Origin: Lobosporangium transversale
Taxonomy: Eukaryota
Assembly (NCBI RefSeq): GCF_002105155.1
Contig: NW_019028981.1
Coordinates: 124,001 to 188,000 of the forward strand
Reading direction: 5' to 3'
DNA length: 64,000 nucleotides
Shown here: one piece after another, positions 61,860 through 64,000 of the stretch
Layout: the number at the start of each line of letters is the position of its first letter
Position numbering within the stretch: the stretch's first letter is position 1
Program-made: the position numbers and the translations under genes
Notes under the pieces: generated by a model
What the model was told of the DNA's origin: nothing
What the model saw: the letters and a program-made list of their open reading frames with translations, nothing else
Database searches by the model: none

Positions 61860-64000
61860 GATGATGATAGATAGGGGGAAGAAGAGGGAAGTAAGGGGAA
61901 AGAATGGAGACGTTAATCTGAAGAGACATTTCAAAAAGGCGGATGAACTTCCTTTTTATACTGACGCTTCTCTTGAAGTGGGGTTGGAACTTTCTTAACT
62001 TTATTAGCCCTTGCCCAGCTCAATGCTTGTGGAGTAGAGGAAATGAGTTTTAAGCACACATGTGGAGGGGGCTCAAAAGAGAGAAAGAAGTATCTTTCCA
62101 AACATCAGGCAAAGAGAAATATGATGACAGAAGGAAAAAACAATAAGGAGAGCCAGTGCAGGCGCCTCGTTCCGGGTTGGGTGCAGTGAAATAACAAAAA
62201 AACAAATGATTGAGCACTTCACCATGCCATGGTGACAATTATTGCACAAATATATACAAACAAACGCAAGCCGGATGTTGGTACCACAAACATTCCATTG
62301 CTCTCTTTTTTTTTTTCTTTCTCCCAACTTGTCTTAGAGTTTATGTTGTTGCGCAAGGTACGCATTGTACTCTGGGCCAGCTTGAGATGCGCGCCGGCCA
62401 TTGGTTTTCTTTTGATTGTCTTTTTAAGTGACTATGGATAGGGGAGCAAATAATTGGCCGCACGCTTTCCCTTCATTCTTCTCTTTAATTTACTACCTGC
62501 CATGAGCCTGTCTACTTTGCGTTCTCAAACCTTATGAGTCTTTGGTAAGCATGAATTGTTCTATAACTGGTTCTATTGTGCGCGTTCAAAACTATTATCA
62601 TGGCCACTCTACCAAGATGATTATGTTTTATAGTTGCATGTTTTTTATTATCAAGCAATTTATAATCCTCTAGGAGGGTTGTTTGTCTCTTTATTCCAAG
62701 GATAGGTGGACATGGGTAACAGACGGTCATTTGTTATTATTTTAATGCAACTTCGTTTTTGAAGGGGACACAAACCCAGATTATTGTGTACATATACATA
62801 CTGCATGTACATCTTTTCCTTTTTGTTTGCATGGGAGTCGCCATACTGGAATGATCCACTTCTTGTGCCTTTGAATTTTGTTGTTGTTGTTAATGTCTCA
62901 TTTTCTTTCTGAGTAAAAATTATTTCTAAGCATGTATTCTTGGTGTTACCACATTATGCTGTTTTACTTGCTCTCTATTCAATCTTGCACAATCGTATAA
63001 ATGCTATGAATGAGGGGCAAAAAATAATAAATATATAATAAGCGAGTATGCTCTGAGGAAGAAGTAGAGATCCAGAACTGCGGACACCACTTTTTTCTAT
63101 GAACCTACAGGTCTTTTCATAGGGGTGTCTACATACGGTTGAGCACTTTAAAGGGTTTTTGTGGAGTTAGAGCTCAAAGGGAGGAGGCTCTTGAGAGACT
63201 TGTGGAGAAAAAAGTTCTTCATAATGCGACCCTACTCCACAATCGTCCAATCCGAGAATCTGTTTTTTGCTTTCGCATGCGTAATAGCACTTTACATGTA
63301 CTTTGAGATGTTCATCCTTCCTTCCAAAAAACCGGAAAGGAAGAAGAGTTGGCGTCTTATAATCATACTGTACTTTTCTATTTTCTTTTTCTCCACATAA
63401 TTCAGGATTACAAGTCTGTGGACAGTGTACAAACAAAAGCCCAAACACATGACATCTCTTCGCGATGTTCGCGCCACGACTGTTTACATTCCTTTCTCAT
63501 TACCATGTGTTGGAGCAACACAGAACATTAACGGTCCCTCCCAATGTATTACCTTGTTTTCCCCTAATAACAAGCCTCGAGGCCATTTAACCCCTTGATC
63601 TGGTATGTGCTTTATCTCGTGAAAAATCATATTGCGTCTGAATCATCATTTATCATTCACAAACCTGATCGGATAATGTTATTCATGTCCAACATGCATT
63701 AATGCAGTGTGTGGATTATTTGTTTCACGAACTTGAGAGACATCAATGCTTTTTTGTCTTTCCAGCTGACAAAAAAAAAAAGAAATGGAAATTATTGAAA
63801 AATAGCCAATATTGATCTTATGTATATCATCTAGATATGGTACATGTATACAGGTAACATGGCTTCTGCATTTGCTCTTTATTAAAATCAATGATGTTCC
63901 CATTCGGACAAAGGAGGATTTAAATTCTAGAGAAACATGGCGTGGCTTAGCTTGTCGAATTGTTTAGTTTTTACCAAAAAAAAAAAAAAAAAAAAAAAAA

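Noticed and set aside
62000..64000. Short ORFs at 63161-63531
   Set aside because: No recognisable domain or consistent exon structure. They might be a terminal exon or relic of something outside the window, but this cannot be supported.

Overview
Gene-dense, intron-rich fungal nuclear DNA. It carries eEF3, short GT-AG introns and long A/T homopolymer tracts, which fits an early-diverging fungus such as Mortierellaceae/Mucoromycota (inference). Most genes are housekeeping: mitochondrial PPR protein, eEF3, PanB/ECM31, RPS13, CDC50, two M17 aminopeptidases, cytochrome b5 reductase, a TPT-family transporter, a USP deubiquitinase, a C2/class-3 lipase, a TPS2-like enzyme, an M24B prolidase, a HAL/NPR kinase, ATG18 and a secreted DUF3712-like protein. 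Three things stand out. (1) At 1.5-5.4 kb, a tRNA with a Lys-like body and an Arg(TCT) anticodon is followed immediately by a decayed transposon end. After that comes an intact 3.74-kb PIF/Harbinger element of the same family, with 231-bp TIRs and two convergent genes, which suggests repeated insertion just downstream of the tRNA. (2) The RPS13 introns hold a candidate C/D snoRNA, a cryptic 3' splice site and a structured element that may mediate autoregulation. (3) Two tandem paralogous 7-TM proteins look like orphan GPCRs. All family calls come from motifs recognised by eye, with no database search. Multi-exon gene spans include their introns.
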